A stretch of DNA of 29,791 bases from NCBI GenBank assembly GCA_032128375.1, contig JAQBGU010000040.1, positions 1 to 29,791 of the forward strand. Direction: 5' to 3'. The position numbers and the translations under genes were made by a program. Origin of the DNA: Deltaproteobacteria bacterium. GTDB taxonomy: Bacteria > Myxococcota_A > UBA9160 > SMWR01. Under the pieces are notes generated by a model. That model saw nothing but the letters and a program-made list of their open reading frames with translations, was not told the origin of the DNA and did no database searches. Positions within the stretch are counted from its first letter, which is position 1. Each line of letters opens with the position of its first letter. Shown piece after piece: positions 16,606 to 25,177 of the stretch.

Positions 16606-18201
16606 ATGAGGGGAAGCAGCGGGTTTCTCGATGAGCTGCGAAAGCGCGGCGTCATACGCACCGGGCTCCTTTACGCGGCCGGCGCATTTGCTCTACTCGA
16701 GTTCGCTGACATCGCGTTCCCGCGGCTGGGCCTCCCCGACGGTGCGGTGAACGTCGTCCTCTGGGTCGGTCTTGCTGGGTTCCCGCTGGCGTTGATTGCT
16801 TCATGGGTGATCGAGGTCCGCGCGGAGCGCGATAGCGGACAGATGAGAAGCTGGTTCTCACCCGCCACGCTCGCGACCTCCGCAGTGCTGGTCGCCCTGG
16901 GTATCGGCATGGGTCTCGTCTGGGGAGCCGAGTCGCGGCCACCGTCGATCACCGAACCAGCTGCAGCGCCGGGCGGCGGGCGCGCCCCGGCGGTAGCCGT
17001 CCTGCGCTTTACCGACATGAGCGGATCCGACGAGTACGGCTACTTCGCGGCCGGCCTAAGCGAGGAGATCAGCACGGATCTCTCCCGCTTCCCGGGGATT
17101 CGTGTGATCTCTCCGAGGGCGACCTCCTACTTCGACGCAGCGAATGAAGATCTCTCGCAGATCGACGACGAGTTGGGTGTCCGTTACCTGCTGCGCGGCA
17201 GCGTTCGCCGCGAGCCCACCCGGGCCCGCATTGCAGCGCAGCTGCTCGAGGCGTCTACCGGGAGCCAGCTCTGGGGGGAGAGCTATGACGCCGCCCTCGA
17301 ACCCTCGGAGCTGCTCGCCACCCAGAATCGGATCGCGCGCCGAGTCGCCTCGACGATCGCCGACACCTTCGGTGTGCTGGCCCAGCTGGGCCAGACCGAG
17401 GCGCGCCGCCGCGGAACGGACAGCCTCGAGGCGTACGACTGCGTGCTACTCGGCATGTCCTACTTCAAGGTGCACACCGCCGAGGTTCACGCGCGGGCGC
17501 GCGACTGCCTCGAGCGCGCGGTGGAGATCGATCCCGACTACGCGGAAGCCTGGGCGCATCTGGCCCACCTTTACCGAGAGGAGGTCCGGCACCGGTACAA
17601 CCCCAAGCCTGATTCGCTGGCGCGGGCCGCGGCTGCCGCAAGGCGCGCCATCGATCTCGATAACACCAGCTCCATGGCCTACTACTCGCTGTCGCTCACC
17701 TTGTTCGACGAGCTTCAGTTCGAACAGTTCAGAGCGGCCGCGGAGCGAGCGATCGGGCTGAATCCCAACGACACCGCAACAGCGGCAGGGCTCTCGATCT
17801 ACCTTGCTTACGCGGGTTACTGGGAGCGCGCCATCGAGCTCACTGACGAGGTCGAGGAGCTCAATCCCATCCACAGCGGGTGGATTCACAACACGCGGGT
17901 GATGGACCACTACCGCAGAGGAGACTTCGAGCAGGCTCTCGCTGAGGTTGCTCTAGCCGGCCCGGGGAGCTCGTCCGCGGCACCCGTCCGCGCGGCGAGC
18001 CATGCTCGTCTCGGCCGCATAGCCGAGGCCCGTTCCGCGTTGGAGCAGTTTTTGGAATTGGACCCCGACTTCGCAGCGGATCCGATGGATTGGCTGCAGC
18101 GCACTTACCGCCGCGAGGTCGTCGTGCAGCGCCTTCTGGAGGGCCTTCGCCTCGCTGGCCTCGAGATCGAGCCCGGGAAGCCCGCACGAATCCTGCAATA
18201 G
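16606..18201 (+). CDS. Membrane-anchored TolB-like-N/TPR protein (COG5616-type module, no cyclase domain)
   Basis: FLDELRKRGV N-terminal TM hairpin; VAVLRFTDMS...YFAAGLSEEI; YLLRGSVRR; QLWGESYD; multiple TPRs (AVEIDPDYAEAWAHLA). Confidence 0.85.
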   Translation: MRGSSGFLDELRKRGVIRTGLLYAAGAFALLEFADIAFPRLGLPDGAVNVVLWVGLAGFPLALIASWVIEVRAERDSGQMRSWFSPATLATSAVLVALGIGMGLVWGAESRPPSITEPAAAPGGGRAPAVAVLRFTDMSGSDEYGYFAAGLSEEISTDLSRFPGIRVISPRATSYFDAANEDLSQIDDELGVRYLLRGSVRREPTRARIAAQLLEASTGSQLWGESYDAALEPSELLATQNRIARRVASTIADTFGVLAQLGQTEARRRGTDSLEAYDCVLLGMSYFKVHTAEVHARARDCLERAVEIDPDYAEAWAHLAHLYREEVRHRYNPKPDSLARAAAAARRAIDLDNTSSMAYYSLSLTLFDELQFEQFRAAAERAIGLNPNDTATAAGLSIYLAYAGYWERAIELTDEVEELNPIHSGWIHNTRVMDHYRRGDFEQALAEVALAGPGSSSAAPVRAASHARLGRIAEARSALEQFLELDPDFAADPMDWLQRTYRREVVVQRLLEGLRLAGLEIEPGKPARILQ

Positions 18202-18220
18202 GTTCTCCCGTCCCAGCCCC

Positions 18221-18240
18221 TGGCGCCTCCGTGGCGCCTC
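18221..18240 (+). repeat. Tandem arm-type repeats TGGCGCCTC (11-bp period)
   Basis: Copies at 18221-18229 and 18232-18240; related copies near the left end at 16479-16487 and 16514-16520. Confidence 0.6.
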
Positions 18241-18289
18241 GATCCGAAAACCTAACTATCTGATCCTTCTTCGTTTTTCTCCTTTTTCC

Positions 18290-18318
18290 CGCGGATTCGA
18301 TTCCCGCCGCCTCCACCA
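18290..18318 (+). repeat. attR: duplicated tmRNA 3' end (T-loop + acceptor strand + CCA)
   Basis: CGCGGATTCGATTCCCGCCGCCTCCACCA, one mismatch to ssrA 16340-16368. Confidence 0.9.
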
Positions 18319-18504
18319 AATCAACAGCCGAATACGCGATTCGGATTGGCTTGTTGCCGGCGCGGAAGGCTTGAAGTCGCTGCGGCGCACGACGTCCTCG
18401 TTTCAGGCATGCCGCCCCTCGTGTCCCGAGCGCTTCAAAGGCGCGACCTGTGAGCGAAGCGCTTCGGCTGTGTGCGGTAGCTTCCGGATCCAAGGAGGTG
18501 CACC

Positions 18505-19107
18505 CTGAGAGAGTCGAACGCATCATCGAAGCTTCAGACCGTGGTCGGCTGCGGGTTGCTGGCCGCCGGCATCGCCGTTTTCGCAGTGCGCTTCCTACAC
18601 CAGGGCGCGTACGCAGTGCCCCGCGGCGGGAACCTGTTCGGTGGGCTGGGTGCGCTGCTGCTCGGCGGTATGCTGGTCTGGTCGGCCGCACCGCGCGTGG
18701 TCGGTTGGCTGGCACTGGCGGCGAGCCCCGTTGTGCTCTTCTTCGGGCTCTACGCCACGATGTCGGAGCTCGAGGAGGTGGTGTCCCTCTACGCCACGAA
18801 TAGCGCCGGCCAGCCGGCAGAACTGCGGCTCTGGATCGTTGACCGCGACGATGGCGAGTGGGTGGGGATGTCGCGTGCGAAGGCGATCGAACACTCCCTG
18901 GATGGCGCGCGCGTCGATCTACTTCGGGTTGGAGAGACTCGGTGCGTGATGCCGGTGCTCTACGAGGACCGCCCGACCGTCAAGACCGTTCACGCCCTCA
19001 AGGTCGAGAAGTACGCGGTGGCCCGTGCCTCGGCTGCGATCGGACTCTACCCCCGTGAGGCGCGGGAGAGCGCTGTGGCCCTGCGACTCGATCCGTGCGA
19101 CGGGTGA
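18505..19107 (+). CDS. Membrane protein (3 TM) with C-terminal domain paralogous to 15475-15873 (CTG start at 18505, or GTG at 18541)
   Basis: AAGGAGGT 5 nt before an in-frame CTG; EVVSLYATNSAG..LRLWIV..DGEWV and terminal AVALRLDP align with EVAVLYTTDSYG..SVWVV..NVWI and AVPVYLDP. Confidence 0.75.
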   Translation: MRESNASSKLQTVVGCGLLAAGIAVFAVRFLHQGAYAVPRGGNLFGGLGALLLGGMLVWSAAPRVVGWLALAASPVVLFFGLYATMSELEEVVSLYATNSAGQPAELRLWIVDRDDGEWVGMSRAKAIEHSLDGARVDLLRVGETRCVMPVLYEDRPTVKTVHALKVEKYAVARASAAIGLYPREARESAVALRLDPCDG

Positions 19108-19375
19108 TGTGACTCCGGCTGTGACGCCCGTGGAATCGGGGAGGGAGGCTGCCGCCTGATCGGCATGTAGTTCCGTCTCGAGGAGCGATCCGCGACGGCG
19201 AGTGTCGCTTCCGGGCCGGATCTTCCGAGCCTAACGTAGACGCGTTCGAGCGAGTCCGTCGAAGAATCGGCGTGTGGCGACAACTTTTCTTGCTCCAACC
19301 TCCAGCGACAGCGTGGGCAACGAACACTTCCGGGGACCTTGGCTTTCGTACCCATGTCGCGGTCGTACCTGAACC

Positions 19376-19793
19376 CATGGGCGGCCTCGTGCAGCTCTAC
19401 CTGACCGCAGCGGACACGATGATTCCGTTGCATCGCTTCGAGCGCGCGGGCGAGTTGATCGATCGCGCGGCCGCCACCATCGAACGAACCCAGGAGCGAG
19501 CAGCCTTCGAGCCGCAGCTGCCCATGTTTCGGGCGGAGATTCTGTTCAACTCCGAGCAGGGGACCGATTCCAAAATCGAGACCCTACTGCTCGAGTCGCT
19601 GGAACGCTGGCACGCGTTCGGTTCGGTGTGGATGGAATTGCGTTCGGTGTTGCTGCTCGGGCGGCTCGCGCTGCGTACGGGACGCAAGAAGGAGGCGCGG
19701 GGGCGTTTACAGGCGCTGTACGCGCGGTTTTCTGAAGGTTTCGAGACCAAGCGATTGCGCGACGCGCGGCAACTGCTCGACCAGCTCGCCTAA
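19376..19793 (+). pseudogene. C-terminal remnant of a cyclase/kinase-AAA ATPase-TPR protein
   Basis: WMELRSVLLLGRL...EARGRLQALYARFSEGFETKRLRDARQLLDQLA is the typical tail of these ~1000-aa proteins; upstream domains are absent. Confidence 0.7.
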
Positions 19794-20075
19794 CGCGTTT
19801 GCGGTGTGGCCTCCGGGCCTCCGCGGAGAGCCCCGCCCCAGACTCAGCGACAAATCCGAATCTCACACAGGTGCCAGCCAGCAGCACCACCACAAGCGAG
19901 CACTGTGGATGGCTGCCATGCTGAAGTGCGCACGCTCTTGCCGGCCAGCTACGCTGTTCTCGCTCTGCTACCCGGCGCGCTCGGTCGTCCGGCGTTTGGC
20001 TAGGCTTTCGAACTGGCGAACCGAAATCCGTTGACGAGCCGTGCTGCCCGATGCGCGGCGATGGTCGGTTGAACG

Positions 20076-21821
20076 TTGGAGAATCCCTTGCTCGCTCGGA
20101 CCGGACGGGTCGGCGAATCGAATGTCGGTCGGTTCCGGATCGAATCTGGTTTGCGCGTGTTCCTCGTGGGCGTCGCTGTGTTTGGCGTCGTCGTGTTCGC
20201 GGCATATCGTCCGGCTCTCGACGGGGCGTTCGTCTCGGACGACAACCCGATCCTCGTCCGCAACCCCTACCTCCAGGGAACAGTTTCCGACCTGCGTGTT
20301 CTGATGGATCCCGCGTCGGAGGCCTACTCGTACGTCGGCGGTAGCTTCCAACCGATTCCGTATCTGATGCTGGCGTTGGAAAAACGCTTCTTCGACGACA
20401 CGACGCGCGGATATCACCTGGTGAACGTCTTCATCCATGTGTTGAACTCAGCCCTGTTGGCCGTGTTGCTGTTCGGTTCCGGGATCCCGTCGGTTGCGTC
20501 GCTGCTTGCGGCATCGGTGTTTCTGCTGCATCCAGCCAACGTCGAAGCGGTCGCATGGATCTCGCAGCTTCGGACGTTGCTGGCGATGTTGTTCGGGTTG
20601 TCGGCGCTGCTCGCCGTCCGACGGTTTCCGGTGCTCAGTGTGCCGCTGTTCGCCCTGGCACTGTGCTCCAAAGCGGTCGCGGCGTTTGCGCTACCGGCTG
20701 CCGCGGCATGGTGTTGGACGCGACACCGGAGGGGTGATCGGGCGCGCTGGACCGCACTCGCCGCCTGGGTGGTGGTCTTCGCGTGTTTCGCCGTGATCGA
20801 GATCCGGGGATTCGGCGGCGGTTCGGGAGCGGCGCCTGTGGAGTTGTCCGGTTATCCGGATGCATTCACGCACGTCCGCAGCATCGCGGCCTACGGTGCG
20901 CGCTACCTGGCGATGGCAACGACTGGATTCGGCGCATCGGCCTTTCATGAGCCCGCGCGCGCCGATTCGAATCTCGACCTGTGGTGGATCGCCGCGCTGG
21001 TCGTGTCACCGCTTTTGCTGTGGCGTGTGATCGTCACGCTCCGACGCGGGAGCCCGGAGGCCGCCTGGTGGTTGGCGGCTGCGGCGGGCTTCGCGCCGAT
21101 CTCGCAGGTCGTTCCGTTCTTTTTTCCGATGGCGGACCGCTACCTGTACTTCATGATTCCGGGTCTGCTTGGCGGGGCGGTCCTCGCGGGTATCGACGGG
21201 TTCGGATGGCTGGGGGGTCGACCCCGAGGCGATCCGATCGCGCGCCTCGGACGCCCGATTTCGGCGGTGGCCGCGGTCGCGCTGATCGTTTGGTTCGGGA
21301 TCGTCGCGCGCGATCGCGCAATGCTGTGGGAGTCGGAGGAACGGCTGCTGTTGAATGCGGCCGAGCAGTATCCGGACGGCTTGATTTCGCATTACCTCGG
21401 CGTCTTCGACTCGCTGTCGAACGGTGAAACCGAACAGGCGATCGCCCACTTGGAGGCGTCTGGTCGTCGGGGTGGATTCATCGTATTCGGGTGGCCCAAC
21501 CAACCGTTGCTACGGGAATTGCATTCGGAGCCCGGGTACTGGGAGGTGATGAGCCGTTATGCGGGCATCATGATCGATTGGCAGCGGCGCCAAGGCATTC
21601 GCACCCACCAAGATGCGTACACGCTCGCGCAGGCACACTTCGTGCGCGACGAACTCGATGAGGCGATCGGCGTTCTGTACGATGCGATTCGAACGGGGGG
21701 CCCCATCCAGGAGGACCTGGCCGCGCTGCACCGGCAGTATCGTCTCGAGCGGGCGGAAAGAGAAAAGGGCAATCTTCCCACCCGTTTGATACCATCGGAC
21801 GGCGCGCCGGCGTCGCAATGA
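20076..21821 (+). CDS. TMTC-like (GT-C, DUF1736-type) membrane glycosyltransferase with C-terminal helical/TPR-like region
   Basis: FVSDD...NPYL, GYHLVNVFIHVLN, FLLHPANVEAVAWISQ, ALCSK, MADRYLYF, RAMLWESE; many TM helices. Confidence 0.8.
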   Translation: MENPLLARTGRVGESNVGRFRIESGLRVFLVGVAVFGVVVFAAYRPALDGAFVSDDNPILVRNPYLQGTVSDLRVLMDPASEAYSYVGGSFQPIPYLMLALEKRFFDDTTRGYHLVNVFIHVLNSALLAVLLFGSGIPSVASLLAASVFLLHPANVEAVAWISQLRTLLAMLFGLSALLAVRRFPVLSVPLFALALCSKAVAAFALPAAAAWCWTRHRRGDRARWTALAAWVVVFACFAVIEIRGFGGGSGAAPVELSGYPDAFTHVRSIAAYGARYLAMATTGFGASAFHEPARADSNLDLWWIAALVVSPLLLWRVIVTLRRGSPEAAWWLAAAAGFAPISQVVPFFFPMADRYLYFMIPGLLGGAVLAGIDGFGWLGGRPRGDPIARLGRPISAVAAVALIVWFGIVARDRAMLWESEERLLLNAAEQYPDGLISHYLGVFDSLSNGETEQAIAHLEASGRRGGFIVFGWPNQPLLRELHSEPGYWEVMSRYAGIMIDWQRRQGIRTHQDAYTLAQAHFVRDELDEAIGVLYDAIRTGGPIQEDLAALHRQYRLERAEREKGNLPTRLIPSDGAPASQ

Positions 21822-21895
21822 ACATCATCATCGGACCAGATCCCGATGTGGCTTGGATTGCGCGAGATGGCTCCACGCTGAGCCCCGCTGCGGAC

Positions 21896-22180
21896 TCAGC
21901 GACGCATCCAACGCTTCAACGACGCGACGGCCAGCAGCGCCACCGCGGCGAGCAGCGTGGCCGGAGGCTCCGGTGCGGGCAGTGCTCCGGAAACGACGAC
22001 GAGGTTGCCGACGTCTTCGGGCGTACCGTCGTGGCCGTCCCCGACTATCTCGTCCGTGATCAGGTCCAGGCGGCATCGCCATCGATGAAGCCGGCGGCGG
22101 CGCTGCAGCCCAGCGTGTCCCCGATCTCGTACCCAGTGTCCCTTTCGCGCCGAAGAGTTCCGTGATCCTGACGATGCGAT
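21896..22180 (-). pseudogene. Frameshifted C-terminal remnant of an FG-GAP-repeat protein with PEP-CTERM-like sorting signal
   Basis: Across three frames: RITELFGAKG / GDTLGCSAAAGFIDGD / RLDLITDEIVGDG...APEPPATLLAAVALLAVASLKRWMRR. Confidence 0.6.
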
Positions 22181-22470
22181 CTGGTGCAAGCGACTCTGCG
22201 CGCGAGCGCTGCGGACTCGAGGATCCGATAGCGAGAGTCCGGGCAGGCTGCGACGCAAGATCCGATAGGCACGATGCTGCCCGACGATCGCGTCGACCAG
22301 GCGAGGCGAAGACGCCCGCACCGCGGAAAGAGCATCGAGGCTGCGCTTCTCTTCGAGTTCCGATTCTCGGTAGACCGCCATAAAGACGTCCGTCTTGTCC
22401 TTGAACCAGCGATACAAGGTCTGGGGCGCAAAGCCGGCGCGTCGCGCGATCGTGTGCCATGTCGCATGGC
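22180..22470 (-). pseudogene. TetR/AcrR-family regulator fragment
   Basis: IARRAGFAPQTLYRWFKDKTDVF HTH; first helix and C-terminus missing. Confidence 0.7.
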
Positions 22471-22584
22471 CCGATTCTACGCCGTCTCGGCACCAGCACG
22501 GACCGACCAATACGGATGTTCCGAATCGAAGCGGCAGCTGGCCCTCGCCGAAGATGATGCTCATTCACGCCGGGCTGGTCGTCT

Positions 22585-23148
22585 CTACCGTGCAGCCAGA
22601 GCTCCGGGCTGGAGACCCATTGAAGATACGAGGATGACAACGAATGCAAGCAAGAACACCGCGAGAACACCGTGAACCCGCTCGTTCGCGGAAACCAGAC
22701 CCAGTGTCACGGCAGAAAGAAAAATCGCCTGAATCGCCCGCAACGGATCCGCGAGGGGCATATCGAGAATGACCGTCGAAAGCCCTATGAGCACCACCAG
22801 CCAGCAGCACAGCCCAACGAAGTACGTCTTCCGAACAGAGAAGTAGTAGTCGTGCCAGGACTCGATCTCGGCCGGATTCTCGGGAACGATGACGCATGCG
22901 CCGTAGTAGATGGTGGGGGGACTCATGAGTGCGAAAGCGAACGACAGGAAGGTCCACTCGACGTCACGGAAATTCCAGAATCCCCAAAATGCGCTGAGCG
23001 TCACCGTGAGCTGAAAAAAGACGAAGCACAGATGAACCCAGTAGCGCTGTGGGCTGCGGGTTGCACTGGGAAGCCCGCCTATGAGACGCAGCCCCGAATA
23101 CGAGAAGACGAGGGAGAACGCGATTGCCAGGTACTCGAACAGTGTCAT
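22585..23148 (-). CDS. Hypothetical multi-pass membrane protein
   Basis: MTLFEYLAIAFSLV...RYWVHL...WHDYYFSVRKTYF; about 6 hydrophobic segments. Confidence 0.8.
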   Translation of the reverse strand: MTLFEYLAIAFSLVFSYSGLRLIGGLPSATRSPQRYWVHLCFVFFQLTVTLSAFWGFWNFRDVEWTFLSFAFALMSPPTIYYGACVIVPENPAEIESWHDYYFSVRKTYFVGLCCWLVVLIGLSTVILDMPLADPLRAIQAIFLSAVTLGLVSANERVHGVLAVFLLAFVVILVSSMGLQPGALAAR

Positions 23149-23275
23149 CGGGTTCCTCGAGAATGGACAGCAATCGAGTGTAGGCAAACGAAGACTTGGA
23201 TTCGTGACCACGCTCGGTACGGAGGGTTGCTGCGAGGGGGGAGGCCAGCCCGATCCGGGTTCGTCACCTCGCGGC

Positions 23276-23498
23276 CTACGACCATTCGTCGGCAAGCAGC
23301 CCGATCAGGTAGGCAGCGAGTCGTTGCTTCGGGCGTGTAGCAGCGTCGGGCACGACGACTACTGAGGGTGAGCGTGTTCGCAGTGGTCGATGATTCCGCT
23401 CGTGTCCTGGAGCCCTGTGCCGTCGGCATCTCGAGCTGGGGGAGGGCAGGGCTGCCCGAGCGGGCAACGAGGAGACCCTCGATCCGCTCAGGCGTCAC
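23276..23498 (-). pseudogene. Glutathione S-transferase-like N-terminal remnant
   Basis: Frameshifted pieces PQLEM / DGTGLQDTSGIIDHCEHAHP / VVPDAATRPKQRLAAYLIGLLADEW. Confidence 0.6.
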
Positions 23499-23513
23499 CA
23501 GCCGCGAGTGGGC

Positions 23514-23610
23514 TCAAGCCAGATGGAGTGCCTTGGGCGGACGGGCCACGATGTCGGCGATGTTGACGTGGATGGGTTGCGTTGCCGCATAGAAGACCGC
23601 GCTTGACCAG
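23514..23610 (-). pseudogene. C-terminal remnant of an SDR oxidoreductase (YdfG-like)
   Basis: AVFYAATQPIHVNIADIVARP...stop, a typical tail of this SDR subgroup; rest of gene absent. Confidence 0.55.
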
Positions 23611-23682
23611 ACCCGGAACGAGCGCCGGATTGTACTACGGGACCGCTACGATAGGAGCATCGGGTACAGCGGTCTACGTCTC

Positions 23683-24708
23683 ATGGGGAACCGCACAAAC
23701 AGGGGATCTCCTTTGCGCAAGTTGTCGTTGATTCTCGCACTCGTTCTGGTCGGCGTTCTGGCCGTCACGTTCGTGAGCGCGCGAATGTCGCTGAACCCCG
23801 ACCTTCCGCACGCTTACAAGACGCGCACGCTGCCGTTTCTGACAGAAGATCCGAGTCAGCAACCCGACGGGTTGGTCCAGGTGCGCGTCAAAGGGCTCGT
23901 GTTTCGCGCACGCGTCGCGGGATTGGAGAATCTGGGACCTAACTTGTTGTTGCTTCACGGCTTCCCCGAGACGTCGATCATGTGGGATCGGCTGATCGCA
24001 GCGGCATCCGAATCGGGTTTTCGCGTCGTCGCGTTCGATCAGCGCGGCTACAGCCCAGACGCGCGGCCTGAATCCGTCGAGGACTACGCGCTGCCCGAGC
24101 TCGTCGATGACGCCCGCGCGGTTGCCGATCGCTTCGGCTTCGAGCGCTTTCATCTGGCCGGACACGATTGGGGGTCCGTCGTTGGCTGGAATCTCACCTC
24201 GCGCGAGCCGGACCGCGTGTTGTCGTGGACTTCGCTCAGCATTCCCCATTTGGGAGCGGTCATCTCCTCTCAGGAAAATCCGACGACGCCCGCGTACATC
24301 AAGTTCTTTCAGCAGCCGGGGATCCCGGAAACGCTTCTACTGGCGTTCGATCAATTGTTCCTGAAGCGTGTGGCTTTTTCTGGAATCGATCCAGCACACG
24401 TCGACGAGTACCTGGACGTTTTCACAGAACCGGGCGCGCTGACCGCTGCATTCAATTGGTATCGCGTTACGCGACCGGACTACTGGCCGGGAAAGATCCG
24501 CCAACCGGTTCTCTATATCTGGGGGAACCGAGACATGCCGGTCTTCGTCAACCCCAAGGTCCAAGCCGCTCATCCGAACTTCCTGTTGGGGCCCTTCGAA
24601 AGCATCGAACTGTCTGCCGGCCACTGGCTCATCGAAGAACAACCCGATCGCGTGGTCGATGCCATCATGACTCACTTGAGACGACAAACGGACTCCACGA
24701 GTATGTGA
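23683..24708 (+). CDS. Alpha/beta hydrolase (epoxide hydrolase/haloalkane dehalogenase-like) with N-terminal anchor
   Basis: LLHGFPE, DQRGYS, nucleophile GHDWG, NWYR, IWGNRD, AGHWL. Confidence 0.9.
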   Translation: MGNRTNRGSPLRKLSLILALVLVGVLAVTFVSARMSLNPDLPHAYKTRTLPFLTEDPSQQPDGLVQVRVKGLVFRARVAGLENLGPNLLLLHGFPETSIMWDRLIAAASESGFRVVAFDQRGYSPDARPESVEDYALPELVDDARAVADRFGFERFHLAGHDWGSVVGWNLTSREPDRVLSWTSLSIPHLGAVISSQENPTTPAYIKFFQQPGIPETLLLAFDQLFLKRVAFSGIDPAHVDEYLDVFTEPGALTAAFNWYRVTRPDYWPGKIRQPVLYIWGNRDMPVFVNPKVQAAHPNFLLGPFESIELSAGHWLIEEQPDRVVDAIMTHLRRQTDSTSM

Positions 24709-25177
24709 CGGGTAGCGATCGCCGAAGGGGTAGGGCGCCTGTGCGTTCCCAATATCCGTCTGCGCCGGCATGACTGATCTTTCTCGGTACCGCGACCGGT
24801 CGATCAACGATCGATGATATGCCACGTTCGCTCTCGGAATCGGACTCGTATCGGTCCGAGATTTTCCGCTGCGGTGTCTCATGACATTCTGGACCGCGAC
24901 AGCAACGCCCCCGAATCTGTATTCCCGACACATACGCCGCACTTCGCCATCCGATTTGCTTTACTCGCTCATCTCGAGCCATAGTGAGCGCGGTAGCCAG
25001 CTCGGAAGCAAGGCGATGCAGTTGCAACGCATCGAGTCCAGAATCTCTGGAGCGCAGCTGGGTGCTACGCCAGCGGAAGCCGTTGCGTAGGTTATTTTGG
25101 TTGCTCGGCCGATAGGATTTCGTGCATTCTAGGGCTCGAACGTGAGACCGATAGGCTCGAGGGGGCAGCACGTACTC

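Larger units (their letters stand above)
16346..18318. mobile_element. Non-autonomous integrative mini-element in the tmRNA 3' end (attL/attR, one cargo gene, no integrase)
   Basis: 23-bp exact direct repeat TTCGATTCCCGCCGCCTCCACCA at 16346-16368 and 18296-18318 (28/29 over 16340-16368 vs 18290-18318). IHF-like and arm-like sites at both ends. Confidence 0.85.

Noticed and set aside
18290..18318. Second tRNA/tmRNA gene
   Set aside because: Only the T-loop and 3' acceptor strand are present; it is an att duplication
19788..19794. GCCTAAC overlapping a stop codon (also at 19229-19235) as possible attC inverse cores
   Set aside because: No matching L boxes or GTTRRRY core within normal attC distance
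21896..22564. Apparent TetR-PEP-CTERM fusion ORF (222 aa)
   Set aside because: The open frame arises from two spliced remnants. The FG-GAP-like sequence between them is spread over other frames, and a cytoplasmic HTH with a sorting tail but no signal peptide is implausible.
24709..25177. 470-bp intergenic region with several short hairpins as a possible ncRNA
   Set aside because: No recognisable family motif or terminator; hairpins are short and expected at this GC content
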